A DNA stretch of 64,000 bases, from assembly GCA_951406725.2 (NCBI GenBank), contig OX597839.1, positions 16,368,001 through 16,432,000 on the forward strand. Direction: 5' to 3'. Below are positions 12,547 to 25,624 of the stretch, in pieces. The notes below the pieces were generated by a model. That model searched no databases. It saw only the letters and a list, made by a program, of their open reading frames with translations, and had not been told where the DNA came from. Source of the stretch: Octopus vulgaris (Eukaryota). How positions within the stretch are numbered: the stretch's first letter is position 1; each line of letters begins with the position of its first letter. The position numbers were made by a program, and so were the translations under genes.

Positions 12547-12764
12547 CGAGGAGGTGCTAAAAGGCTTTTTGATTTAAGAGTGTCGCGAAACGCCTGGATG
12601 GAGGCCCAACCTTCCGAGTTCTTCTACAGAGCTTAGAAAAACTGAAGGACTGCTGTAATAAGTGTGTGAATCTGAGAAGGGAATATGTTGAATGAAATCC
12701 TAATTAACTGATCCTCCTGTATTTTCTTTCACCCAAAGCTAGAAACTTTTCAGCACCTCCCTCG
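12547..12764 (+). mobile_element. Mariner-derived MITE
   Basis: TA flanks. TIRs cgaggaggtgctaaaagg / aacttttcagcacctccctcg. Internal remnant EKLKDCCNKCVNLRREYVE* resembles the mariner transposase C-terminus. Second copy at 52233-52435. Confidence 0.8.
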
Positions 12765-13039
12765 TAAGTGTTGTGATGTAGGAGGGCTTGGGTAGATGTG
12801 ATGTGAGACACGGTGTTTAAAATCATAAATGTAACACCTTTTTTCTCCGACAATAACGTCTCAGGTGTTTTCGCCGATAACGATTATCGTTCGCCTTTTC
12901 TTCTTTCGATCCATCTCTTAATTCTTCCTCTCCGTTCTTCATAATATAACTTGTCACCTTTTGATATTTCTAAAGCGTGACACAACCAACAAACGAAAGA
13001 GTGACCTGTGACTTGGCCTTTTACATACAGAGATAATAA

Positions 13040-14068
13040 TCGTTTCAAATTTTGGCACAAGAACAGCAATTTCGAGGAAGTGGTTAACTCGGTTACATTA
13101 ACTCCAGTGCTGAACTGGTACTTATTTTATCGACCGCACGGAAGGATAAAAGGTACAGTCGACCTTGGCGGAATTTCAACTCGGAACATAAAGACGGACG
13201 AAATACCGCAAAGCATTTTGCCCGGTTTGCTGTCGAGTCTGATTTCTTGTCGCCTTAACACAGAGATATCGTATGGGTTTCAATTTTTGGCACAAGGCCA
13301 GCAACATCTGGGGAGGGGTAAGTCGGTTACATCGACTCCAGTGCTCAACTGGTATTTATTTTATCGAGCCCGAAAGGATGAAAGGTAGAGTCGACCCCCG
13401 ACGGAATTTGAGCTCAGAACGTAAAGACGGACGAAATGCCGTTAAGCATTTTGCCAAGCGGGTTAACGACTCCGTCAGCTCAGAGAGATAATATCCCTTT
13501 CTTCTATAGGCACATGGCCTGAAATTTTTGGGGAAAAGGGCTAATAGGTCACAGCAACCCCAGTGCTTAACTGGTACTTTATCGATTCCAGACAGAAGGC
13601 AAAATCGATCTCGGCGGAGTTTGAACTCAGAACGTAAAATCAGACGAAATACCTATTTCTTTACAACCCACAAGGGGCTAAACACAGAGGGGACAAACAA
13701 GGACAGACAGACGGATTAAGTCGATTATATCGATCCCAGTGCGTAACTGGTACTTATTTAATCAACCCCGAAAGGATGAAAGGCAAAGTCGATCTCGGCG
13801 GAATTTGAACTCAGAACGTAGCAGCAAATGAAATAATCAGACGAAATACCTATTTCTTTATTACCCACAAGGGGCCAAACAAGGACAGACATAGGTATTA
13901 AGTCGATTACATCGACCCCAGTGCGTAACTGGTACTTAATTTATCGACCCCGAAAGGATGAAAGGCAAAGTCGACCTCGGCGGAATTTGAACTCAGAACG
14001 TAGCGACAGACGAAATACCGCTATGCATTTTGCCCGGCGTGCTAACGATTCTGCCAACTCACCACCTT
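13040..14068 (-). mobile_element. Head-to-tail cluster of about five family B SINE copies and fragments
   Basis: Repeated ccagtgc.taactggtactt...cgaaaggatgaaaggcaaagtcgacctcggcggaatttgaactcagaacgta at about 13105, 13338, 13560, 13736 and 13918. Confidence 0.85.
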
Positions 14069-15187
14069 ACACTGAGAGATAATATTGACGACTGCATCCG
14101 TGTGTCGCGAATGACTAGGTTTATATATAGTGCAAGGAGGATCTAAGTTCTTCAGTTTCCATTGAATACAACCAACAGTATAATTATTCAGGCTTTTCAT
14201 TAACGATTTATTTATTTATTTTATGTATAATTCTAAAGAATTAATGGCAGGTAACATCACCCCTATCACAATCAGTTCACATGGCTCGACAATTGACAAT
14301 TTGTCTTCTTGTAATGACTGAAATGTTGATGTGAATATTTGCTTTCAGAATTGCAAACGGCGGCTTTTATCGCTCGCAGTTCAGTTCTTCGAAAACTGAT
14401 CTATATAGGACACTGACCGAAGACAAACGTATTTATTATACAGCAAATAAAGTGTGCGAGAGAAAGAGCACAGCTTAATGGCCAGCGAACACGTACAACA
14501 GTCACGGCATTCATGTGTTTTAAACAACAACGACGATCGTAGCAACGAACGGAAGGAACAAATAATTCCTTGTGCTGTCAACAAAGATGATTGATGCGAA
14601 AATGCGGTTAAGAATATTTGACCAGCTCGTTGATTATTATGGATTCTTCTACATTTGGCGACCAGTCACATACTTTCTTTCTGTCTTACATACATACATA
14701 CATGCATACATGCATGCATACATACATGTATACATGCATGCATACATACATGTATACATGCATGCATGCATGTATGCATGCATGCATACATACATGCATA
14801 CATGGAGTTAACGTACCTGATATCCCCCCTCCAGATGCATGCATACATGTATATCATAACTCATACACTGTTCACTTTCCTGGCTTTTGTGCATAATCAT
14901 ATGTACTGCACATACACCTTTGATGAGTTGTAGTGCACCTGAGCACTAGACACGATAATTTCATTATTATTATTATTATTATTATCATCATCATCATCAT
15001 CATCATCATACACACATACATACATATATGCATGCATACATACATACATACATACATAATGCATGCATGCATGCATACATACACACACATACATGCATGC
15101 ATGCATACACTCACAGAGTGAGACGAAACGAGGTAAAGAGAAGAGAGAGAGAGAGAAAGAGAAAGAGAGAAAGAGAGAGGGAGAGAA

Positions 15188-15241
<54 letters not shown>

Positions 15242-15403
15242 ATAAAAAATATTTCAAATCTGATACAAGGTAAATTCTCGATTTAATGAATTATCTCCAC
15301 TTCCAGAGAAGGTAAGAAAATCGCCTGGCGCACACGCTAAAAGGTGAGATAATCCCAAGTGTCAAGGACTCTTTAAAAAGTCAGTCTAGAGACCAGTGGA
15401 CAG

Positions 15404-15446
15404 CTGTAGAAACGTGTTTCTGCCTCAGTAAGCGTCATCAGCACAG
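15404..15446 (-). ncRNA. Degenerate hammerhead-like motif
   Basis: Minus strand: ctgtg CTGATGA cgcttactgaggca GAAA cacgtttc tacag. Cores and stem I are present; stems II and III are imperfect. Confidence 0.4.
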
Positions 15447-15630
15447 TGGTCGTCCCACTTGACTCTAGCAGAAGGGTATTTTGACATGTATAAGAGTATT
15501 GCATAATTTAAACGAAAATAAGCTCTGTAAGATAATTCAAATTGGCTAGTGGTATGTATTTGTTCAACAAGGACGAATAAAGCTATACTAAATACCATTT
15601 AGGATTGACTGTATGCTTGAATTGCAGAAA

Positions 15631-16398
15631 CTAGGTCTCATCCGTCGCTACGCTGCCGGTAAAAATTTATATGCACGCGAATTTTCTTAACAGTAGACTG
15701 TTAAATTGGGAAAGTCACGTAAGTTACTATGGTGACAACAGTTTACCCATCTGTCTATCTGTACACACACACACACTCACACACACACTCTCACTCCCTC
15801 TCTCTCTCTCTCTCTCCCTCTCATTCACTCACTGAATTTCTCTCTCAACTGTAACAACAACCTGTCATTATAGTGAAGTGATTTTTAAAAGTCTGTGTTG
15901 CGTTGTCTCTATGTTGAAAGACATACAGAAAAACACAGGAATGCACACACACACACACACACACACACAACTAAAACAAATAACTATCTATATCGTTATA
16001 TAGTGAAAGTTTTTTTTTTTTTTGAAATCTGTGTTGCGTTGTGTTGACAGACTTTCACTTAAAATTCCCGCATTTCTAATCGAAACTTATTAGTTATTAT
16101 GGTGACAACACTACCTACCTACTTACATATCTACCTACCTACCTACCTACCTACCTACCTACCTGCCTACCTACCTACATACATACATACATACATACAT
16201 ACATACACACATACATATCTCTCACACACTCTCTCTTTCTCCCCTGCATAGCAACTTTTTCTCTTCTTCTCTCGTTCTAAATATATGCTGTGACAGCGGA
16301 TATCTCCCTTGCTGATTTCTTCCTTTCTTCCTCCCCCTCCACTTATATCTTGTGACGGACAGACAGACGGAGATCAGCTTCTCTTTTATAATATAAGA
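15631..16398 (-). mobile_element. Non-autonomous Helitron
   Basis: The minus strand begins TCttatattataaaagag...gtctgtctgtccg and ends with the hairpin ccggcagcgtagcgacgg followed by atgagacCTAG. Inserted between A (16399) and T (15630) with no TSD. Confidence 0.75.
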
Positions 16399-16759
16399 TC
16401 ATCTCGGTTTCCAAGGAGGAACGTAAAACGATAGCCTGGTGGTAACTGGCACAAACTCCAAATCTCAAGAGTTTAAAATTTTCCGAAGTCGATATGTCGT
16501 AATAAAACAAAACAAAACAAATAAACACAGCGTCTTTGTTTGGAGATAAAAGGGCAGGAGTAGAATTGTTTCTACCTCAATAGACATCAATAGCAAAGCA
16601 GTTGTCAGGCATTAACAACAGCAGGCGAGATACTAAGAGGCATATAAAAATGTAGAACATATGCGCGTGTGTGTATGTGTGTGTGTATTTGTGGGTGCGC
16701 GTGTGTGTATGTGCGTGTGTGTATATATGCGTGTGCATATGTGTGTGTTTGCTGTGTCT

Positions 16760-16954
16760 GTGTGAATATGTGTGTATATGTGCTTGTGTGTGTGTGTGTG
16801 TGAATATGTGTGTATATGTGCTTGTGTGTGTGTGTGTGTGAATATGTGTGTATATGTGCTTGTGTGTGTGTGTGTGTGAATATGTGTGTATATGTGCTTG
16901 TGTGTGTGTGTGTGTGAATATGTGTGTATATGTGCTTGTGTGTGTGTGTGTGTG
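16760..16954. repeat. About 38-bp tandem repeat (gtgtgaatatgtgtgtatatgtgcttgtgtgtgtgtgt) x5
   Basis: The landmark gaatatgtgtgtatatgtgctt recurs five times. Confidence 0.9.
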
Positions 16955-17570
16955 AGGCTGTGTAAAGTTTGACATACATTTGAGCAAAAAACTAGTCAAC
17001 GACAGTAAGATGAGAACGTGTGAAAGAGGGGCAGCGGATAAGAGGGAAGAGAAAGGGAACGGGAGGGGGAGATAGGAGGGAGAGATAGGGAGGAGAAATA
17101 GCAGTATAGAAGGGTGGGGTGCGCTGAATACCGGGTGATTACAGCTAGATATTGTCGTAATGTACTTTTGAAAGGTTCCTTGAACAATCAGATGTCAGTT
17201 TACTGAGAAAGAAGCAACGCGGTTATTAAATATGACGTATTGAAATTAATGTATGCAAAATTTCACAGCTCTAGCATCACTCCAATGAAATTTTCAGCCC
17301 AGCTTCGTACTGTTAGCGAGCTAATAGCACTTTTAGGAGTAAATCCTAGATTACCCAGCTTCTGTTGCCGTCCTCAAGAGTGGAGCTGGAGTGGAGAGTG
17401 AGTGGAAGGAGAGTGGGGGCGTGGAGTTAAGTGAAGTGAGGGGAGGAGGAGACATGTGAGTCCGAGTGGAGATGTGAGGCTGGTGGGTAATAGGAGACGG
17501 AAGAGTAATGTTGTTTTTTGAAACCAGAGAGAGAGAGAGAGAGTGAGTGTGTGTGAGAGAGAGAGAGAGA

Positions 17571-17608
<38 letters not shown>

Positions 17609-17616
17609 AAGAGTGA

Positions 17617-17649
<33 letters not shown>

Positions 17650-17668
17650 TGAGTGTGTGAGAGAGAGA

Positions 17669-17705
<37 letters not shown>

Positions 17706-18183
17706 GGGGGGGAGAGACAGACATACAGACAGACAGAAAGAGTTGTTGTCAAGCAAGATAAGATAAACGTATGTCGTCTGTCATTTTTTAGATCGTCTCC
17801 GCAAATACGAGATTAAAATCAATTAACGCATTCCTTAGAAAGACCAACAGCGACAGGACTTAAACGATATGCTAGAAATAATAGTCAAATATCTCACACA
17901 AACCACAGCCAACCATAGTCTTATATAAAAATAAATGGGGTGTGAGCACAGCGGATAATGATAGTGTTATATAAACTTGCTTGGAAATTTGAAATAAGGC
18001 CAGACTGTGTGATCATGGTTGGAACGCCTTTGGTGAAATGACTGGTTTATCAGAGCTGACTTGAGGGTAACCAACAACCACAATAACAAATACAGCAGCA
18101 ACTACAGTAACAAAGACAATAATAACACAGCACCAACAATAACAACAACGGTAGTGGATCGGCAACTACAATGAAGTGGATCT

Positions 18184-19889
18184 GGTGAACGGTAATAAGG
18201 GTGCAGGTAAAAATGGCAAAAGAAGTAGAATACTTTAAAAATTAGTTTTGTATAAGATCTATTTTCCTAATATAACATATACCGTATAACCTCTGTTTCT
18301 TGATCTAGATTTATACGTTGAAAATTCATGAAAGACAATTATAATAAAATCAAACGTGTTTAAACATGAGAACACCGTTTTATATTAAGCCTTAAAAACA
18401 GAATTTAATAACTAGAATCTTATGTTTGTGACCAAGTCCGCGTAACACTGGTTCGAGGTTTTTCCTTCCTTCTGTGTAGTCTTTGCATAAATTTTTTAGT
18501 CCTTGTTGTAGATCAACATACTTTCTTTGTTTTCTTCCTGTGTGGTTCACGAAGTCCCTTGCTATCACTACACTCACAACAGCCTCTTCCTTCTGGATTG
18601 TCCTTATAAGTTTCCAGATAGATGGGTGCTGGTAGCCAACATGATGATAAAATTTGCTGTTCCAGCCTTCACATAGACTGTTGGTTTTTGGGCAGTCATT
18701 CATGGTAGCTTGATGTACGTTCCAAAGTTCTGGAGGAAATCTTGCTGGAATGCCTGGTTGGGAGTTGTACCAGAAACATAGGTTTGGTCGAAGTACTCTA
18801 GCAGGGAAGCTGTCCCATCAGGACATCTAGCCTTGAGTAATTGCATTCCTGCTGGAACATCTTCAACTGGTATAAATGTCAATGAGTCGATCAAAAATCC
18901 TCACTCTCTTTGAAGTGGCTGGTAAGGCCAAGGTCCTCTATTTTTCTCCAGCTACTCTGAGTCAGGTGGTAGAAACAAACTTGTGTGCGTGTTTCTGGTC
19001 CCAAAACATTGTTGATTGCTTGGATGATCGTCTGCTCGAACTCAGCAATTATGGTTGTTGTGTCTAGGTAGAGTTCAATCTCGTGGCAACAACCCATGAC
19101 TGCTTGCAGCAGGGTTTCATATGTATCTTGTGTTTTAGTCTGCAGACAAGAGAAACAGTAGAAGCAGCAGTATTACCAACTGGTACACGTATTACATAAA
19201 GCTGTAGAAATTCTAGCGGAACCATTGCATAGTTGCCATCCATCAGCCATATATCAGCAGAAGTAAGTAACCGCAGTGATTCATCAGAACCAAACGCAAC
19301 GGTGTGGTTGCCAGTGTCTGGTCCATTATCGAAGAGCAAAAATGGTTTGGGTTCGGGAGCTGCAGTAGTTGTCTATTCTCCAGAAAATTTCAGATCCTCG
19401 AGTCTTTCTGGTACTTGTGGACAGAGTTTTTGATCTTTGGTTACGCAAAGTTCTCTTTATAATGTCCTCACTTGGAAGTAACGCCATTCCTTCAGCTGAA
19501 AAGCCATCCATGTTATTGTTGTAAATCTGACTAGGTTTATCGTCTGCTTCTGCTGTTTTTCTCCATGTTGTTGATGCATTTTGCGGCTGAAATAGCTGCA
19601 GAGTTACGAGCATGATATCAGTGATATCAAGGCTGGTGGTCATGGTGTCTTTACAAAAAGATGTTCTCTTAACACATCTCCATTTCATAATAGTTGATCT
19701 TATATCTGTTTTGCAAAACCAGACTTACTGGTTTCGTATTTACTTTGTTAAGGAGTTATTGGGACAGTTTGACGTACGTTCCAAACTTCATCAAGCTGTC
19801 TCAACGTACGTTCCAAATTTCTGGCGGAAATTTTGCTTATTGTGTCATTTTTACCTATCTTTTCACTTGTGCCATTTTTACGTAAACTC
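18184..19889 (-). mobile_element. Decayed MULE/Mutator DNA transposon
   Basis: 9-bp direct repeat agtggatct at 18175-18183 and 19890-19898. Termini are built from a ggtaaaaatggcaca-like motif in inverted orientation. Frameshifted transposase inside. Confidence 0.85.
18392..19700 (-). pseudogene. MULE transposase pseudogene (FLYWCH-like N-terminus plus MULE DDE domain)
   Basis: Collinear ORF pieces KWRCVKR..CK, WLMDGNYAMVP..FLQLYVI, IIAEFEQTIIQAI..V...CFYHLTQSSWRKI, LTFIPVEDV..LLEYFDQTYV, TNSLCEGWNSKF...HPSIWKLI. Confidence 0.85.
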
Positions 19890-20298
19890 AGTGGATCTAT
19901 ATGGTCGTATGACCTGCTAGAAATAGCAGTGAAATTATCATCAACCCCTATACTGCAGTCTTTAAAAAGTGACACAAAACGGAAGTCGATACTGGATGAC
20001 GTAGTAAAAACAACTTTCAATAAAAAAGCGGGATGGGGATGACGAGATGGTGGATCACAATTAACCGGAGGCTAAAGAATGTCAGCAAGAACAACAGCAG
20101 CAACCTGATGAGTTGACAGCTGTAAAATTACACATTAAGTTACAGAAACCCCAGATACCCTAGCCATGACCTGAATCAGCTTTCACTATCATTCTGTCTA
20201 TCTGTCTGTCTCTCTGTGTCTCTCTCACACTTTTTCTAACCAAATAACTATGTTGACAGATAATTATGTTTGTGTGTCTGTGTCTCTGTGTGTGTCTG

Positions 20299-20354
<56 letters not shown>

Positions 20355-21007
20355 CGTGTGGAGAGAGGGAAGGAATGAACGTTGTATGTCATTTACATTT
20401 TTTTTCATAAAATACCTGACATAACAAAAAGTAATTAAGTGAAAAGAAATCCATGTATTTCGATACATACATACTTACAACACACGCACGGAGATATGTA
20501 TGTATATGCATATGTAAATTATTTTCTGTGGTCTTAATATCATATAGAAGCAAAATGAAGCACGGACAACAGGTAAAACACCACAGCATAAGATATAAAC
20601 AAGGTCGCTATAGTCTTTGATTAACTGCTGCTGCTGCTGTGAGGGTCAAGGCAATTTTTAATCAACAGAATTGCACACATGCCTCAACGTGCCCAAATTT
20701 TAGTGTTGAGACAACCGCAAGCACGCAAAATTCGAAGAAAAATTATCTTTTAAAGCTAAGACGAACAAAACGGAGAACGAAGTCAAATAGTGAGTTCTGT
20801 CGGCAGAAAAGTAAAATTTATGACAAACCGGAGACGCTTGTTTGAAATTGTAGGGCTAGCAAAATTAGTGAAGAAGGTAGGTGGAAGTTTGTCTTTGAAG
20901 AAAGGGGGCGAAGGACGAAGTGACCCGAAGCAGGTAAGAAGCTAAAATGAACGAAGCAAGCTATGCAGCGTAATGTAATATAATCAAAGAAAGATGTAAA
21001 TGCACTC

Positions 21008-21488
21008 TAGAAAGGTTAAATTTGGACAGAAAAAGAGAAGAAAGAATGAGAGAGAACAATCAGATGTTCTCTGTAAGTGAAGCTTTAGCCGTATATGACT
21101 TGGTGAGTCCTTATTTCTCGTTTATAAGCTTAGTTTCCGTTAATTGAGGAACGTCGCGTTACGAAAATTGTTGTAAAGTGTTGTTAAAGTGGTACTGGAT
21201 TACGTAGGCCAAAATTCCCCTGAATCTCAGTCAGCAGCTAATCAAAGCGTATAGTGACTTTGTTTATATTTTATGCTATGTATGTTTGCTAACGAAACAC
21301 GCAACACATTATAGCACCTTATTTTCGTAATGCAACGATCCTAGAGTAATGGAAATCAAGCTTATGAACGAGAAATAAGGACTCACCTCTCAAGTCAGAT
21401 GTGTCTAAATCTTCACTCACAGAGGACACGTGATTGTTTTAGCTTTCACTCACCCTTCCCTCTTTTTGTCCAAATTTAACCTTTCTCC
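21008..21488. repeat. Diverged inverted repeat (arms about 21008-21184 and 21302-21488) formed by PLE 3' regions
   Basis: agaaaggttaaatttggaca...ggtgagtccttatttctcgtttataagct...gttacgaaaat is mirrored by attttcgtaat...agcttatgaacgagaaataaggactcacc...tgtccaaatttaacctttct. Confidence 0.8.
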
Positions 21489-21800
21489 TATGCATTTACG
21501 CCTTTCATTGGCGAGAAGGCTAACTTCTCCATTTACTCTGACAGTCTGTTTAAACTGATCCAAGAGAAAACCTCGTCTGTAACGGCAGTTAGAAATTATA
21601 TCGAACTTCCTGTTGAGGAATACCATGAGTTGTTTTAGGATATGAAGTCTCTCAGTCAGACAAAGCCCGAAATTATGCAATTCACTGGGGTATACCAAAG
21701 CTTGTTGTTGTAGAGGGCTGCTGCCCTTTGAAAATGTCCTTTTTGGATGATAAAGCTGGAGACCATATTTCTAATTATAACTAAGATGTAGGAACTTATC
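21450..21800 (-). pseudogene. Penelope-like GIY-YIG endonuclease C-terminal relic (Naiad-like)
   Basis: GLCLTERLHILK....LNRKFDIISNCRYRRGFLL resembles the CxLCLxEK...LNxRxE...CRH pattern also seen at 35630-36019. Confidence 0.6.
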
Positions 21801-22459
21801 AACCGCTTCCTCTTTGTCTTTCTATAAGGCTAGCGATTACCTATCTTAAACAGACCTTTGTCTTTCACCTTTTGGGTAGACAAAATAACAACCAGTTGAG
21901 CACTGCAGTCGATGTAATCGACTTGCCCCTCCCCTCAAAGTTACTGACCTTGTGCCAAATCTAGAAAGAATTATTATAAAACAAATGAATTATCGCTAGG
22001 TAAAATCGTTAGCAAACCGGAGAAAATATTTAGCAGCATATATTTCGATTCTTTGCTTTTAAAGATCAAATCCTACCAAGGTCAAAATTGACTTTTATCA
22101 CTTCGCGATCGATAAAATAAGTACCAGTTGAACACTGAGATCGATGTAATCAACTTACAAACGCTGGCCCTGGGCCAAAATTTGAAACCATTGTGTAAAT
22201 GAGTTTATACCGAGCCACACGTTTCTTTATACTTGAATAGATTGTGTTCCACTACTTCATTATTTCATCACGGAATGGTTTGGGAAGAAGTGACTGAATA
22301 TTGACGAATTGTTAAATAACAAGAAAACTAAATTCTTTGATCATTGTCTGAAGCTGGTGTTAAAGAAAAAGCTTAGTTAATTAATATAGGAGATATATGG
22401 GTAAAAGAAAAAAAACTGGTGGGAGATGATGGTTTAAAGATTATAATGATTCGGTGAAG

Positions 22460-22772
22460 ATGCATTGTTTAGTGATTACGGTATTCAGCTCTCGATACTA
22501 AGGTTGTGAGTTCGATACACGGCGGTGTCCTCGAGCTAGACGCTTTATTTCGCATTGCTCCAGTCCACTCATCTGGTAAAAATAAGTTGTATCTGTAATT
22601 CAAAGGGACCAGCCTTGTCACATTCTGAGTCACAATGAATCTCCTTGAGAATCACGTTAAGAGTACGTATGTCTGTGGAGTACTCAGCCACTTGCACGTT
22701 AATATCACGAACAGGTTGTTCTGTTGATCGGATCAACTGGAACACCCATTGTTGTAACCGACAGAGAGCCAG
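22460..22772 (+). mobile_element. Family C SINE, diverged full-length copy
   Basis: tRNA-like head (gtgagttcgatac), ttgctccagtccactca core and ggatcaactggaac...gtaaccgac tail. Confidence 0.75.
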
Positions 22773-23362
22773 ATTAATGCTCGTCTTAGATGTGAAAAGT
22801 AATTGAATATTACATCTATGCTAAGTTTCAATTACGACAAAGTATCTTAATCTTGGATGTTACCTAGGAATCTTTATTTCGTAAACGAAGGAAGATAGTT
22901 ATTCTCTTCTTCACTGTGCCACCGATGTAAATACCGCCTTCAGTTTAGAAACAAAGATAGGTACCTAGTGCTAACCCAGTCCTGAAATCTGCTATGGGTA
23001 CATGTGTCTGTTGAGTACTTAGCCACTTGCACGTTAACTTCACGAGCAAGCTGTTCCACTGAATTTATCAACTGGAACCCTCGTCATCGTGAGCGATGGA
23101 GTTTCAAACTTTTCTTTTTCTTTATTTGTGATTCAGAAACATAGGGAGTTATTGATTTAAAGACAGACAGATCATGAGAGATATTGGTATACAGGAAAAG
23201 AATCATAGGGAAGCATTGATGTCAGATACTAAGATATATGGCCAAATATTGGTGTAAAAAATATAGATATATATATATAAGGAGTTGCTGGTATCAAAAA
23301 CTGAAACAGGATATCAGTACACATGACAGGTCTCAGGGAGATATATAAGCACACACAGACAC

Positions 23363-23400
<38 letters not shown>

Positions 23401-23469
23401 AATATATATATATATATGTATATACACATACACACACATATATTTATGTATGCGTAGGTGTATCTTTTA

Positions 23470-23860
23470 TCTGTTATCTGTCACTCCTTTCAGTTGTTAG
23501 ACTGCGGCCATGCTGGAGCACCACCTTGAAGAATCTTTAACTGAGTGTGTTGACGCCCAGTACTTATTTTTTAAAAGTCTGGTACTTATTCTATCGGTTT
23601 CTTTTGCCGAATCACTAATTTACGACGACGTAAACACACCAACACCGGTTGTCAAGCGATAGTGGGAGACAACACAGACACACATAGATACACAGATACA
23701 TGCACACACATACACATTTGTATGTAGGACGGGCTTCTTTCAGGTTCCGCCCACTAAATCTACTCAAGGCCTCAGTCAGCCCAAGGTGCCGCGCAGTAGG
23801 ATTGAGCCCGGAACCATGTGGTTGGGAAGCACGCTTCTTACCACGCAGCCACGCCAGCAC
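23470..23860 (-). mobile_element. Family A SINE
   Basis: Reverse complement of the 771-1150 pattern (gactgcggccatgctggagcacc...ggaaccatgtggttgggaagc...accacgcagccacg). Confidence 0.8.
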
Positions 23861-23972
23861 CTGTAGCCACCCTTGCGATGCATGTATATACATACATACA
23901 TGTATGTATATGTGTACATACATACAAGTTTATGTATGTTTTTATCTGAGTGTGTGCATGCATATACACATA

Positions 23973-24036
<64 letters not shown>

Positions 24037-24557
24037 TGTTTATGTACATAAAGTAAATACACTCGTGTTCAATTATATTTAATCTAAATACTCTCTCTAT
24101 CTATATAAGTACTCTTAGAGATATATAAAGCAGCTTAATATAGATAGGCAATCACATTCACACACTCCCACACATTACATACATTCATACATATACATAT
24201 ATATATATATTATCACAATTTAGGTTAGTTAAAAATATTTTTGTCATATATTTCAACTGGTAAAGACAAATACAATTCAATTACCGTGGAGAAAAAAAAT
24301 CTCTCTTATAGTAAAAAAGTGTGAAAACAGCCCGTTCGTTCAGTGTTGCCCTCTCTCGGGATGAGCTGTACCTAAGAGAGGCAACTCTGAGCAAACTGAT
24401 AAAGCTTACAGCTTTATATATATAATTCAACTAAGATATTGACTGATTTGCGCTAGGAGATCGATCGATAAACTTACTTGGAAATGGATGCGTGGCGTTC
24501 AATCAAATGATAATATAAATTATATATATATATGCACACACACACACACACACACAC

Positions 24558-24637
<80 letters not shown>

Positions 24638-24720
24638 GTACATACACACATGCATATATGGGTACAGGACGTCACCAAACAGTAACAGTAAACAACATGA
24701 AATACGAAAGCATTTCGTAT

Positions 24721-24946
24721 TTCAATGCGCAAACAACGAGAGAAACAAAATGGAAAACAGGACAAGTAACATAAAGAAAGAACGACCCTTCGTCAGTTGT
24801 CGGCTGTCTATCTTCTCCACATTTCGAGCACTGGCCGACTACTCGAAATGAGGAGTAGATAGACAGCCGACAACTGACGAAAGGTCGTTCTCTTTTTGTT
24901 ATTTGTCCTGTTTTCCATTTGTTTCTCTCGTTGTTTGCGCATTGAA
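24721..24946. repeat. Foldback inverted repeat (arms about 105-108 bp, 13-nt spacer); arm sequence also found at about 34025-34165
   Basis: ttcaatgcgcaaacaacgagagaaac...catttcgag (24721-24828) is mirrored by ctcgaaatg...gtttgcgcattgaa (24842-24946). Confidence 0.9.
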
Positions 24947-25624
24947 CTCGTTTGCTAGGTCGACTTTGCCTTTCATCCTTTCGGGGTCGATAGATTAAGT
25001 ACCAGTTGCGTACTGGGTCGACCTAATCCACTGGCCACCTCCCCCAAAATTTCAGGCCTTGTGTCTAGAGCAGAAAAGATTATTAAATGACAAGAGTGAT
25101 CACAGGTGGAACATCTTTCATCATAAGACAGCTTTGGCACTCAGTCTGTTCCACTTCACAAAGGAAACAATTGCAAAGTGTTGTCGTCTGGTCCTAGGTC
25201 TGACCTCATTAAGTAGGTCTCCGATGAAAGAGACATTCAGCTTTGATTCTCCAATCTTTTTATAGAGCTAAATGTGTCCTTCTATTTCAGAATGATAAGG
25301 CGTGATTTAAGGGAAGTTGGTTAATATTTTTAGCAGACTGAGTCTTCCGTGTTGGCTTGCAGTCAACAGATATAATAACTACAATTTATATAACTTCCTC
25401 TTGAAAAGTGTGTGTGTATGTGTGTGTGTGCGCGCGCGCGCATGTGTGTGTTGTGTTGTGGGTGTGTATCTATGTATTAGTGTATGTATGTGCGCGTGCA
25501 TGTGTGTGCATCCGTTTGTGTGTATGTATATGTATGTGTGAGTGTGGTTAGATCGATGTACCTGTTGTGTGGCATGTAGAAAATGCTTTTTACCATAGCT
25601 TCCTATCGACAAAAGACTTAGAAG

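Noticed and set aside
14310-14665. Possible solo LTR with primer-binding site (ctaca-tttggcgacca)
   Set aside because: No second LTR, TSD or gag/pol relic found.
20105-20130. ctgatga followed by acagctgta
   Set aside because: No GAAA core or stem II; cannot form a hammerhead.
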